From Deltaproteobacteria bacterium (GTDB taxonomy: Bacteria; Myxococcota; Kuafuiibacteriia; Kuafuiibacteriales; Kuafuiibacteriaceae), in contig JAVJQW010000062.1 in NCBI GenBank assembly GCA_040218735.1, positions 224,001 to 288,000 of the forward strand: 64,000 nt of DNA, given 5' to 3'. Shown piece by piece: positions 44,763 through 53,026 of this stretch. The stretch's first letter is position 1. Every line of letters starts with the position of its first letter. The translations under genes and the position numbers were made by a program. Under the pieces are notes generated by a model. That model made no database searches. It was not told the origin of the DNA and was given only the letters and a program-made list of their open reading frames with translations.

Positions 44763-47435
44763 ATGTGGCATTTCCTCGGGCAGCGCAGCGCCGGTCTGTA
44801 CGCCAAGAAGTCCTTTCGGCTGCCCACGGCGACGATCCACTACGCGCCGGATCGTCAGGCCCGCGTGGAGCGCCTCGGTATCGAGGTGTGGCTCGATGGG
44901 AGACAACCGCGCATCCGGGGGCGTACCCGCCTCGACTTGGTGATGTTGAGCGACACGCCGGAGCTTTCGCTCGACGCCGCCGAGCTGTCGATCGATCGGG
45001 TGACCGCGTCGTTCGACGGGCTCGCCGTCGACACCCACCAGGTCGCGTTCACGACCGAGGACTCGCGGCTGTTCGTGACCTTCGATCCGCCGCTCGCCGC
45101 GCGCGATCGCTTGAGCTTGGAGATCGACTACCACGGGGAGCCGCGCCGCGGCCTGTGGTTCGTCGGTCCTAACCTCTTCGATCCGGAGCGCCCGACCGAG
45201 GTTTGGACGCAGGGCCAGGACGACGACAGCCGCCACTGGTTCCCGTGTTTCGACAGCCCGAACCAAAAGGCCCCCACCGAGCTCATCGCGCACGTGCCGC
45301 CGGGCGCGTTTGCGCTGTCGAACGGTGAGCTCGTCGCGAAGGAGGAGTTCGCCGACGAGTCCGTCTATCGCTACGTCCAGAAGATCCCCCACGCGACGTA
45401 CCTCATCTCGCTCGTCGTCGGTGACTACGAGGCGATCGAGATGCGCGCGGGGCAGCTCCCCGTCGTCGCGCACGTGCACCCGCACCAGCGCGGGATGGGC
45501 GAGCGCACGTTCGAGAACACGCCGGCGATGATCGAGCTGTTCGAGTCGAAGATCGGCGTGCCCTACCCCTACGCGCAGTACGCGCAGATCGTCGTCGCCG
45601 ACTTCATCTTCGGCGGGATGGAGAACACGTCCGCGACGACCCTCACGGATCAGATCCTCTTCGACGAACACAGTGACGCCGACTTCCGCCCGGTCGCGGA
45701 GTCACTCATCGCGCACGAGCTCGCGCACCAGTGGTGGGGCGACCTCGTCACCTGCCGCGACTGGTCACACGCGTGGCTCAACGAAGGATTCGCGACGTAC
45801 TTCGAGCTGCTGTGGCGCGAGCACGTCGACGGCCCCGACGAAGCGACCTACGCGCGCTTCATCGACATGGAGGCGTACTTCGCGGAGCGCTACCGCCGCC
45901 CGCTCGTGGAGCGCACCTACGAGGAGCCGATCGAGCTGTTTGACCGGCACCAGTACGAGAAGGGCGCGTGTGTCCTGCACCTGCTGCGCTTCCTCCTCGG
46001 CGAGGACGCCTTCTGGCGCTCGCTGTCGCACTACTGCGAGACGCACCGCGAGGGCTCCGTCGAGACGCACGATCTGCGGCGCGCGATCGAGACCACCACC
46101 GGGCGCAACCTGGAGGTCGTCTTCGACCAGTGGGTGCACAGCGCGGGGCACCCGCACGTGCGCATCTCGGGTGCGTTCGATCCGATCGGCAAGGTCTTCG
46201 CGCTGACGGTCGAGCAGACGCAGCGCGGCGATCAGATCACCTCGACGTTCGACATTCCCGTGGACGTCGAGATCGCGTTCGAAGGCGACGCCGAGGTGCA
46301 CCGCGTGCAGCTGTCGGCGCGGCGCCAGGTGTTCCGGCTGCCGGCGCCAACGCGACCGACGTGGGTCATCTTCGACCGCGGCGGACACCTGCCCAAACAG
46401 ATCGACAACCGCCTCTCGGCGACGATGTTGCGGTCGATCGTCGACGACAGCGACGACGTCGTCGCGGTCATCCTCGCGGCGCGCACGCTCGTGAAGCGCT
46501 CCGATCCCGCGTCGCTCGCCTGCGTGACGGACGCCCTCGCGAACCACGCGTTCGCGGGGGTCCGCGCGGAGTGCGCGAAGGCGCTCCGGTTCGCGCCCTC
46601 CCCTCAGACCTTGGAGGCGCTGATCGACGCGGTGCTCGAGGACGGCGACGCCCGCGTCCGCCGCGCGGCGATCCGCGCGCTCGCGCGGTTCGAATCCGAC
46701 GCCGAGACGATCGGCGCCTTCCTCGTCCGCCACACCGAGATCGAAACCTCCGACTACGCGATCGCCGACACCGCGCGGACGATCGGCCAGCTCCGCGCCC
46801 CGCAGGCGCGCGACTTCCTGATGACCTGCCTCGGGCGCACCGGCCACAACCACGTGATCCGCGCTGCGGCGGTCGAAGGCCTCGCGAAGCTGCGGGACGC
46901 GTCGCTGCTCGACACCATCGCCGTACGGCGCCAGCCGTCGGAGCACCCGCGCGTGCGCGAGGCGGCGGTCACCGCGATCGGCGAGCTGGCGCGGTTGCTC
47001 CCCGAGCGCCGCGCGGATCGGGTCGCGGCCCGCGAACGCCTCGAAGCGCTCCTGGACGACCCCTGGTTACGCGTCCGCATCCGGGCCGCCGAAGCGCTCG
47101 GCGGGCTGCGCGACGTGGAGGCTGCGGACGCCCTCCGCCGCGCCGCCGAACGCGAGCTCGACGGGCGCGCGCGCCGTGCGATGCGGGTCGCCGCGAGTGA
47201 CCTCGCGGATCGCACCACCCCGCTCGCGGAGGTGAAGTCGGTGCGCGAGGATCTCGATCGCCTCCGCCACGCCCAGACGCAGATCCTCGCGCGCGTCGAA
47301 GGTGTGGAGCGCCGCCGCAAGACGACGCGCGTCGACGTACGCGGCGTCGAAGCGATCCCGGCCCCCGAGCCGAAGGCCAAGCAGAAGAAGAAGCGGAAGA
47401 AGAAGCGGAAGAAGAAAAAGAAGAAGAAGAAGTAG
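44763..47435 (+). CDS. M1 aminopeptidase with HEAT repeats, coiled coil and poly-Lys tail
   Basis: GGMEN, HELAHQWWG, WLNEGFATY, YEKGA; C-terminal HEAT repeats. Confidence 0.93.
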   Translation: MWHFLGQRSAGLYAKKSFRLPTATIHYAPDRQARVERLGIEVWLDGRQPRIRGRTRLDLVMLSDTPELSLDAAELSIDRVTASFDGLAVDTHQVAFTTEDSRLFVTFDPPLAARDRLSLEIDYHGEPRRGLWFVGPNLFDPERPTEVWTQGQDDDSRHWFPCFDSPNQKAPTELIAHVPPGAFALSNGELVAKEEFADESVYRYVQKIPHATYLISLVVGDYEAIEMRAGQLPVVAHVHPHQRGMGERTFENTPAMIELFESKIGVPYPYAQYAQIVVADFIFGGMENTSATTLTDQILFDEHSDADFRPVAESLIAHELAHQWWGDLVTCRDWSHAWLNEGFATYFELLWREHVDGPDEATYARFIDMEAYFAERYRRPLVERTYEEPIELFDRHQYEKGACVLHLLRFLLGEDAFWRSLSHYCETHREGSVETHDLRRAIETTTGRNLEVVFDQWVHSAGHPHVRISGAFDPIGKVFALTVEQTQRGDQITSTFDIPVDVEIAFEGDAEVHRVQLSARRQVFRLPAPTRPTWVIFDRGGHLPKQIDNRLSATMLRSIVDDSDDVVAVILAARTLVKRSDPASLACVTDALANHAFAGVRAECAKALRFAPSPQTLEALIDAVLEDGDARVRRAAIRALARFESDAETIGAFLVRHTEIETSDYAIADTARTIGQLRAPQARDFLMTCLGRTGHNHVIRAAAVEGLAKLRDASLLDTIAVRRQPSEHPRVREAAVTAIGELARLLPERRADRVAARERLEALLDDPWLRVRIRAAEALGGLRDVEAADALRRAAERELDGRARRAMRVAASDLADRTTPLAEVKSVREDLDRLRHAQTQILARVEGVERRRKTTRVDVRGVEAIPAPEPKAKQKKKRKKKRKKKKKKKK

Positions 47436-47438
47436 GCG

Positions 47439-47663
47439 CTAACCTTCCTGCTTCTCCAGCACCGCGAGCACGCCGAGCGAGATCTCCGCGAGGCGCGCGA
47501 TCAGGACGTTCCGCTGCTCCGGGCTCAGCCGCTTCGCGGCGCGCGCGAGGTTCAGGCGCCCCACGTCGGACGCCTTCTCCTGGCTCCACTCCTTGAGGAC
47601 CCGGCGCACGGCGTCGTCGACCTCGAACGTCTCCTGCGTGCGGAGGCGATCGCGGAGGCTCAC
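47439..47663 (-). CDS. Hypothetical protein
   Basis: Overlaps the upstream gene by 4 nt; plausible codon usage. Confidence 0.55.
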   Translation of the reverse strand: MSLRDRLRTQETFEVDDAVRRVLKEWSQEKASDVGRLNLARAAKRLSPEQRNVLIARLAEISLGVLAVLEKQEG

Positions 47664-48103
47664 GAGTCGTCCCCCGGAGCGTCCGGCGTCCCCGTCGTGA
47701 CGGAGTCACCGATCGAGCCCTCGCCGCGCCGCGGCGTCGTGATCGCTTCGCGGCGCGCGCGCAGACGCGCGGCGCCGGCGCCGACCTCGATCCCGTCGCG
47801 CGCGCGACGGACCGCTTCCTTCAGGACCGGGTTCTTCACGCGAGGGGGCGTCGGGTCGATCAGCTTCCGCGCGCGCTTGCCCAAGGCGCGGGTGTCGAGG
47901 CCGCGCACGATCCCCATGCCGAGCCCACGCGCCATCGACGCGCCGATCGCGGCCGCGGTGATCCCGGTGGTGCGGTGCGACGCGGCGTCGAGGATGTCGA
48001 GCCACTCCTCGATCGTCAGATCCAGCGCACGCGCGAGCGCGCGCTGGTCTTCGGCCCACTTGGCGAGTGCGTCGGACGCCGGCTCGGTCACCGGCCCCAG
48101 CAT
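47660..48103 (-). CDS. Hypothetical protein
   Basis: Co-oriented within a minus-strand run. Confidence 0.55.
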   Translation of the reverse strand: MLGPVTEPASDALAKWAEDQRALARALDLTIEEWLDILDAASHRTTGITAAAIGASMARGLGMGIVRGLDTRALGKRARKLIDPTPPRVKNPVLKEAVRRARDGIEVGAGAARLRARREAITTPRRGEGSIGDSVTTGTPDAPGDDS

Positions 48104-48128
48104 ACCGCTTCGCGCGCCTTCGCGGTCT

Positions 48129-50264
48129 TCAGAAACACCGGTCCCGGTCGACCGACGTCACCGGGAGCTTCAACGGCTCCAGCGCATAGGTCCCGCCGCC
48201 GAGCCAGACGAGCTCTCCGACCGGCCACCAGTCGTCCTCGCTCAACACCCGCTCCAGGACGTCCCGCCGCACGCCGAGCGAGCGCAGCTCGACGGTCGCC
48301 GTCACCGGCGCAACGGCTCGGGCCGCGTGCACGTACAGCGTGTACAGCTGCGCCCCTTCGCGGACCAACGCCCGCTCGCCGACCGCGCCGTCCGCGGACT
48401 CCAGCACCAACCGCGGATCCCGCAGCGTGGGCCCCAGCGGGCTCACGGCCGGCGCGGGGTTACAGAAACAGACGTCACCCGGGCGATCGAACGGGCCACC
48501 GCTCTGCTGGACGAGGTGCAGATCGAGATCCGCGTCCGTGGGGGACCACGTGACCGCGACGTCGACCCCGTAGGTATCGGCGGGCGGGATCGTCGTGGCG
48601 GACATCGGCACGCGCTGCACGCCCAGGTCCGGATCCGTCGACGTGATGGCGAGCGTCGCGGTGAGGGTGCTGTCGAGGTTCTCGGGCGCCGAGAACGTCA
48701 CGTGGATCGGGACCCGCTCCCCGGGCTGCAGGACCCGCGGCAGCGCCCCCGGCTCCACGACCCAGCGCGGATCGTTCGACGTCACCGCGTCGACGCGCAC
48801 CGGCACGGGCCCCACGCTCCGCAGGTCCACGCGCTGCACGGAGACCTCGTCACGCGGCACCCACCCGAACTCCAGGGACGACCGCTCCACCAACAGGTCC
48901 GGGACGGGCTCCGTCGCGGTCGCGGTCAACACCACCCGTTGCGACTCCAACGCGTCGAACACGAGCGCGGCCGTGACGGGGCCGTCCGCGAGCGGCGCCG
49001 CGGTGATGGTGAGGGTGTGCGTGTCACCGCGGACGAGCGGGAGGTCTCCCGGCCAGTCCTCGATCGTGAACGGTGCGTCGGGCGGGTCGATGGCCATCGC
49101 GCGCACGTCGATCGTCGAGATCCCGGTGTTGGCGATCGTGAACCGACGCGGCGTCGGGTGGGCGCGCGAGATGGTGCCGAAGTCGAGGCGGCGCGCGAAG
49201 GCGACGTCGGCGCTGGACAGCGAGACGCCGTTCCCGCTCAGCGGGATGCTCGTGGGTTCGAGGAGCCCGGTGCTCTCGACCGTCACGGACGCCGCGAAGG
49301 GCCCCGCCACCTCGGGCGTGAACGTCACGGGCACGCGGACGATCGCGCCCGCGTCGAGTGAGAACGGGACGGCGGGCGCCGATTCGCCGAGCGCGAAGCG
49401 CCCGCGTGGGTCGTCCACGGTGAGCGCCGTGACGTCGTGCGGGGTCGAGCCCACGTTGCGGAGCTCGAGCTCCTGCGTCCTCGTCTCGCCGACGAACACC
49501 CCGACGAACTCCAGCCCGTTGCCCGGGAGGACCTCGAGCTCCACGGTGATGGCCTCGCCGTAGAGCGCGACGCCGACGGGGTCGGTGCCGGTGCTGTCGG
49601 ACGCGACGACGACGCGACCCTCGTCGGCGAGCGAGTCGCTGGGGGCGTAGGTCACGAGGAAGTCGACGGACTCGCCGCTGTCGAGGCTGGTCAGGTTGTC
49701 CAGCGCGACGACGAACTCGGACGAGGTCCCCATCTGCAGCGCGAGGGAGAAGATCGTGACGCGACCGAGGCCGCGGTTGCTGAGCGTGACGGTGGCGGTG
49801 GCGATCGTCCCGACGACGATGCGTCCGAAGTCGATGGTGTCGGGCGACGCGACGAGGTTGGGGTCGGCGACGACGGCGGTGACGAGGACTTCGAAGCGCT
49901 CCCCGTCGACGACGAAGGTGACGGTGTCGCGGCGGGTGCCGACCTGCGCGGGTGTGAACACCAGCTCGACGTCGGCCAAGCCCTGTCGTCCGAGGCCGGC
50001 GGGGGTCCCGCGGACTTCGAGCTCGTTGCGGAGGCTCTCGGCGATCTCGACGCGCTCGATCGCGAGGGCGCCCAACCCGAGGTTTTCCACGCGGAGGGAC
50101 GCACGGGCTGCGCGGCCCACGGCGACCCGTCCGAATGCGACGATGTCCGGGGCCACGTCGAAGGGGACGGACGCGGGCGCGTCGTCGCCGCCTCCGCCGC
50201 AATCGCAGCCCCCACCGAGGGCGACCAGGCCCAGCGCCCAGGTCACGAGCCTTCGCGAGCGCAT
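48129..50264 (-). CDS. Lipoprotein with about five choice-of-anchor D/ASH-type Ig domains
   Basis: GGGCDC leader; repeats (D/E)FG.V.VG......xxNxG; C-terminal TWSPTDADLDLHL domain. Confidence 0.8.
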   Translation of the reverse strand: MRSRRLVTWALGLVALGGGCDCGGGGDDAPASVPFDVAPDIVAFGRVAVGRAARASLRVENLGLGALAIERVEIAESLRNELEVRGTPAGLGRQGLADVELVFTPAQVGTRRDTVTFVVDGERFEVLVTAVVADPNLVASPDTIDFGRIVVGTIATATVTLSNRGLGRVTIFSLALQMGTSSEFVVALDNLTSLDSGESVDFLVTYAPSDSLADEGRVVVASDSTGTDPVGVALYGEAITVELEVLPGNGLEFVGVFVGETRTQELELRNVGSTPHDVTALTVDDPRGRFALGESAPAVPFSLDAGAIVRVPVTFTPEVAGPFAASVTVESTGLLEPTSIPLSGNGVSLSSADVAFARRLDFGTISRAHPTPRRFTIANTGISTIDVRAMAIDPPDAPFTIEDWPGDLPLVRGDTHTLTITAAPLADGPVTAALVFDALESQRVVLTATATEPVPDLLVERSSLEFGWVPRDEVSVQRVDLRSVGPVPVRVDAVTSNDPRWVVEPGALPRVLQPGERVPIHVTFSAPENLDSTLTATLAITSTDPDLGVQRVPMSATTIPPADTYGVDVAVTWSPTDADLDLHLVQQSGGPFDRPGDVCFCNPAPAVSPLGPTLRDPRLVLESADGAVGERALVREGAQLYTLYVHAARAVAPVTATVELRSLGVRRDVLERVLSEDDWWPVGELVWLGGGTYALEPLKLPVTSVDRDRCF

Positions 50265-50347
50265 CCCGAGGACATTCGACCAGGTCCGTCGAGCGGCGTC
50301 GAGCCCGCCTTGCCGACGACGACAGGTGTAGCTATGGTCCGCGCGCG

Positions 50348-51424
50348 ATGCCCAAACAGCACGATTCCTCGCACCGTTTCGCCGCCCTCGCGGCCCTCGT
50401 GATCACCCCCGCGCTCCTGCTGGGGTGTCCGAAGGCGGAGGAGAAGAAGGCCCCCAAGAAGGCGGCCGTGAAGAAGGAGACGCCCCCGGCCAAGAAGGCC
50501 CCGGCGATGGCCTCCGACGCGGACTGTATCGCGCCGTGGAAGACCGACGGCGAGGCGCAGAAGATCGCCGCGGGTGACCGGGCGTTCGACCGCACCGGCG
50601 CCAAGCTGAAGGAGTCCAGCACGGACGACGACAAGAAGGCCGTGATCGGCGTCCTCGCGAACATCAAGGAGGACACCGCGGACAACCTGGAGAACATCCA
50701 GACGTTCCTCGAGTACTTCGAGGAGAAGAAGGTCGACTCGATCGTGATCGCCGGTGACCTCGGCGAGACGAAGAGCCAGATCGAAAACGCGCTCCTCCCG
50801 ATCGCGGCGAAGGGCCTCCCGACGTTCGTGGTAATCGGGAACCGCGAGAAGAAGTCGGACTTCAACGACGCGGTGCGGAGCGTCGCCGGCAAACACCCCA
50901 ACGTCGTGAACCTCAACCACGTCCGCCTCGCGGCGCTCGACGACGTGTCGATCGTCTCGGTGCCCGGCTACTACGACAAGGCGTACATCCACGCGGAGGA
51001 TGGCTGCGCGTACACGCAGGCCGACATCGACGCGACCGCGAACATCGTGAAGGCCGCCGAGGGCGCGCCGGTCATCGTCGTCAGCCACGGCCCGCCGAAG
51101 CAGGACGGGACGGAGGCGCTCGACCGCACGCTCGAGCAGGCGAACGTCGGCGACCCGATGCTTGCGAAGATGCTCGCGTCGACGGGTGTGAAGCTCGGCA
51201 TCTTCTCGAACATCCAAGAGGCCGGCGGCCGCGCCACGGACCTCTCGGGCAAGACGGTCCTCGAAGCGGGCAAGCCGCAGGACAGCCTGTTCCTGAACCC
51301 GGGCGCCGTGGACTCGGTGAGCTGGCAGATGAACGACGGCACGCGCTCCGTCGGCATGGCGGCCGTCCTCACGGTGGACGGCGGCAAGGCCATGTTCGAT
51401 GTGAAGCGAATCCCTGAAGGTTAG
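50348..51424 (+). CDS. Metallophosphoesterase-fold lipoprotein with degenerate metal ligands
   Basis: LLLGC; IAGDLG, IGNRE, SHGPP, LNPG; DxH replaced by NIK and GHxH by SNIQ. Confidence 0.72.
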   Translation: MPKQHDSSHRFAALAALVITPALLLGCPKAEEKKAPKKAAVKKETPPAKKAPAMASDADCIAPWKTDGEAQKIAAGDRAFDRTGAKLKESSTDDDKKAVIGVLANIKEDTADNLENIQTFLEYFEEKKVDSIVIAGDLGETKSQIENALLPIAAKGLPTFVVIGNREKKSDFNDAVRSVAGKHPNVVNLNHVRLAALDDVSIVSVPGYYDKAYIHAEDGCAYTQADIDATANIVKAAEGAPVIVVSHGPPKQDGTEALDRTLEQANVGDPMLAKMLASTGVKLGIFSNIQEAGGRATDLSGKTVLEAGKPQDSLFLNPGAVDSVSWQMNDGTRSVGMAAVLTVDGGKAMFDVKRIPEG

Positions 51425-51744
51425 CCTCGAGGGGCACGGCTGACTTCGTCAGCGTGCGGCGCACGCGCACGCTCCAGCCGCGCCAGCGCCAAATCCAACT
51501 CCGCCACCCTCCGCCGCAGGCCCCCCACGCGCCGTCGCAACTTGCGAACGTCCTGCCGCGTCGGGAGCGCGGCGAAGTGCAGGACGGCGCCCTGCACGTC
51601 CTCCACCGCGGCGCGGAGCGACTGCACGGTCGCGAGCATCTCTACGAGGCGATCGGTGCGGTAGTGGTCCGTGACGACGCGGAGCGGGAGCGTCCACAGC
51701 GGCGGTCGAGGAGGCGGCGGCTCGGACACGACGCCGCGGAGCAT
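51421..51744 (-). CDS. Small coiled-coil protein (LPTRxDV motif, PHA-granule-associated-like)
   Basis: ALPTRQDVRKLRRRVGGLRRRVAELDLALARLE; start uncertain. Confidence 0.45.
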   Translation of the reverse strand: MLRGVVSEPPPPRPPLWTLPLRVVTDHYRTDRLVEMLATVQSLRAAVEDVQGAVLHFAALPTRQDVRKLRRRVGGLRRRVAELDLALARLERARAPHADEVSRAPRG

Positions 51745-51761
51745 GCGCGATCGGCGCGAGC

Positions 51762-52595
51762 ATGGCGAGCGCGTTCGAGCGCGCCGGACCGGCGACGCAC
51801 TTTCTCGATTCGAGCCACGTGATCCCCCCGGTGGTGGAGATCGGTGGGGATGTTTACGATTCCGTAGACGTGGCCTCGCACTCCAACAAGGGCTGGTCGG
51901 GCGTCCCGGGGTTCGAGGAGGTCGAGGCCTCGGCGACGACGGCGCCCCCCGACGAGACCGACGCGGCGATGACCGTGCCGGCGCTGGAGTTCGATTATCA
52001 GGCGTCGGTCGAGACCACCGCGCGAGACGACAGCCCGGCGGAACGCCTCACGCTCCCCCCGCCCCCCGACGACGCTTGGGACGCCCCCACGCTGACGCCG
52101 AACCAGGGGCGGATGGGCGCCGAGCTCGCGAAGAAACTGACGACCGACAAACCCCGCACGCCGCCGCCGCCCGACCCCGCGGCGCGCGCCGCCTACCGCA
52201 ACGTGATCATCGCGACCGTGGTCGCCTCAGTGCTGTTGGGCCTCGCGATCGCGTACACCACGAAGCGCGCGTCCGTGCAGACCGCCCCGCAACACCCCGT
52301 GCCGACGGCGCCCAAGCGCCCGGTCGCGAAGCCCGAGCCCGCCGTCCCCGAGCCCAAGGCGCCCGCCGCCCCGGTGCGGCCGATGGTCACCGTGGTGAGC
52401 GTGCCGGCGGGCGCCGAGGTCGAGATCAACGGCGCCCCGGCCGGCACGGCGCCCGTCGTGAAGCCGGCGCCCGAGGGGGTGGTCGAGCTGGAGATCACCG
52501 TGAAGCTCGCGGGCCACGAGGCGTGGCGCGCGCAGGTGCGGCCGAACGAGCTGGGGCACTACAGCGTGAACGCGAAGCTCCGCGCGAAGCGCTGA
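51762..52595 (+). CDS. Single-TM protein with C-terminal PEGA domain
   Basis: TM VIIATVVASVLLGLAIAY; VVSVPAGAEVEING...GTAP...LAGHE. Confidence 0.75.
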   Translation: MASAFERAGPATHFLDSSHVIPPVVEIGGDVYDSVDVASHSNKGWSGVPGFEEVEASATTAPPDETDAAMTVPALEFDYQASVETTARDDSPAERLTLPPPPDDAWDAPTLTPNQGRMGAELAKKLTTDKPRTPPPPDPAARAAYRNVIIATVVASVLLGLAIAYTTKRASVQTAPQHPVPTAPKRPVAKPEPAVPEPKAPAAPVRPMVTVVSVPAGAEVEINGAPAGTAPVVKPAPEGVVELEITVKLAGHEAWRAQVRPNELGHYSVNAKLRAKR

Positions 52596-52611
52596 GCGCG
52601 AGGGGAACGCC

Positions 52612-53016
52612 GTGACGCTGTCGCTGGCCCTCGAAGATCAACAGCTGTGCACCCACCCGGGTGATCTCATGTCGCTGCCGCCCGTCGTCGTCGACAACCA
52701 CGTCGTCGTCGTCGCGTACGGCGGGGAGGACCTTCGGATCGTCCACGGCGCCCTCGCCTGGCGGGGCCTCGACGCGGCGGTCGCACGGATCGGCGCGTGG
52801 CCCGCGGACCAGGTTCGGGCGCGGCTGCTCGAGATGGAGCTCGACGCCACGGAGGCGTCGGCGCTCGGCGCCCTCGACGTGCAGATGGTGGAAGCGCTCG
52901 CCGAGGACACCCCCCAACGCCGGGCGGTCCTCGCCGGGTATGTGCTGATCGCGCTGCGAAACGCGCTGCGAAACGCGCCTCGGACGGACGCACCGAACCA
53001 GGCGTCCGGTCGATAA
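52612..53016 (+). CDS. Hypothetical protein
   Basis: GAGGGG RBS before GTG; ends 10 nt before the next ORF. Confidence 0.55.
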   Translation: MTLSLALEDQQLCTHPGDLMSLPPVVVDNHVVVVAYGGEDLRIVHGALAWRGLDAAVARIGAWPADQVRARLLEMELDATEASALGALDVQMVEALAEDTPQRRAVLAGYVLIALRNALRNAPRTDAPNQASGR

Positions 53017-53026
53017 CCACACCGCG

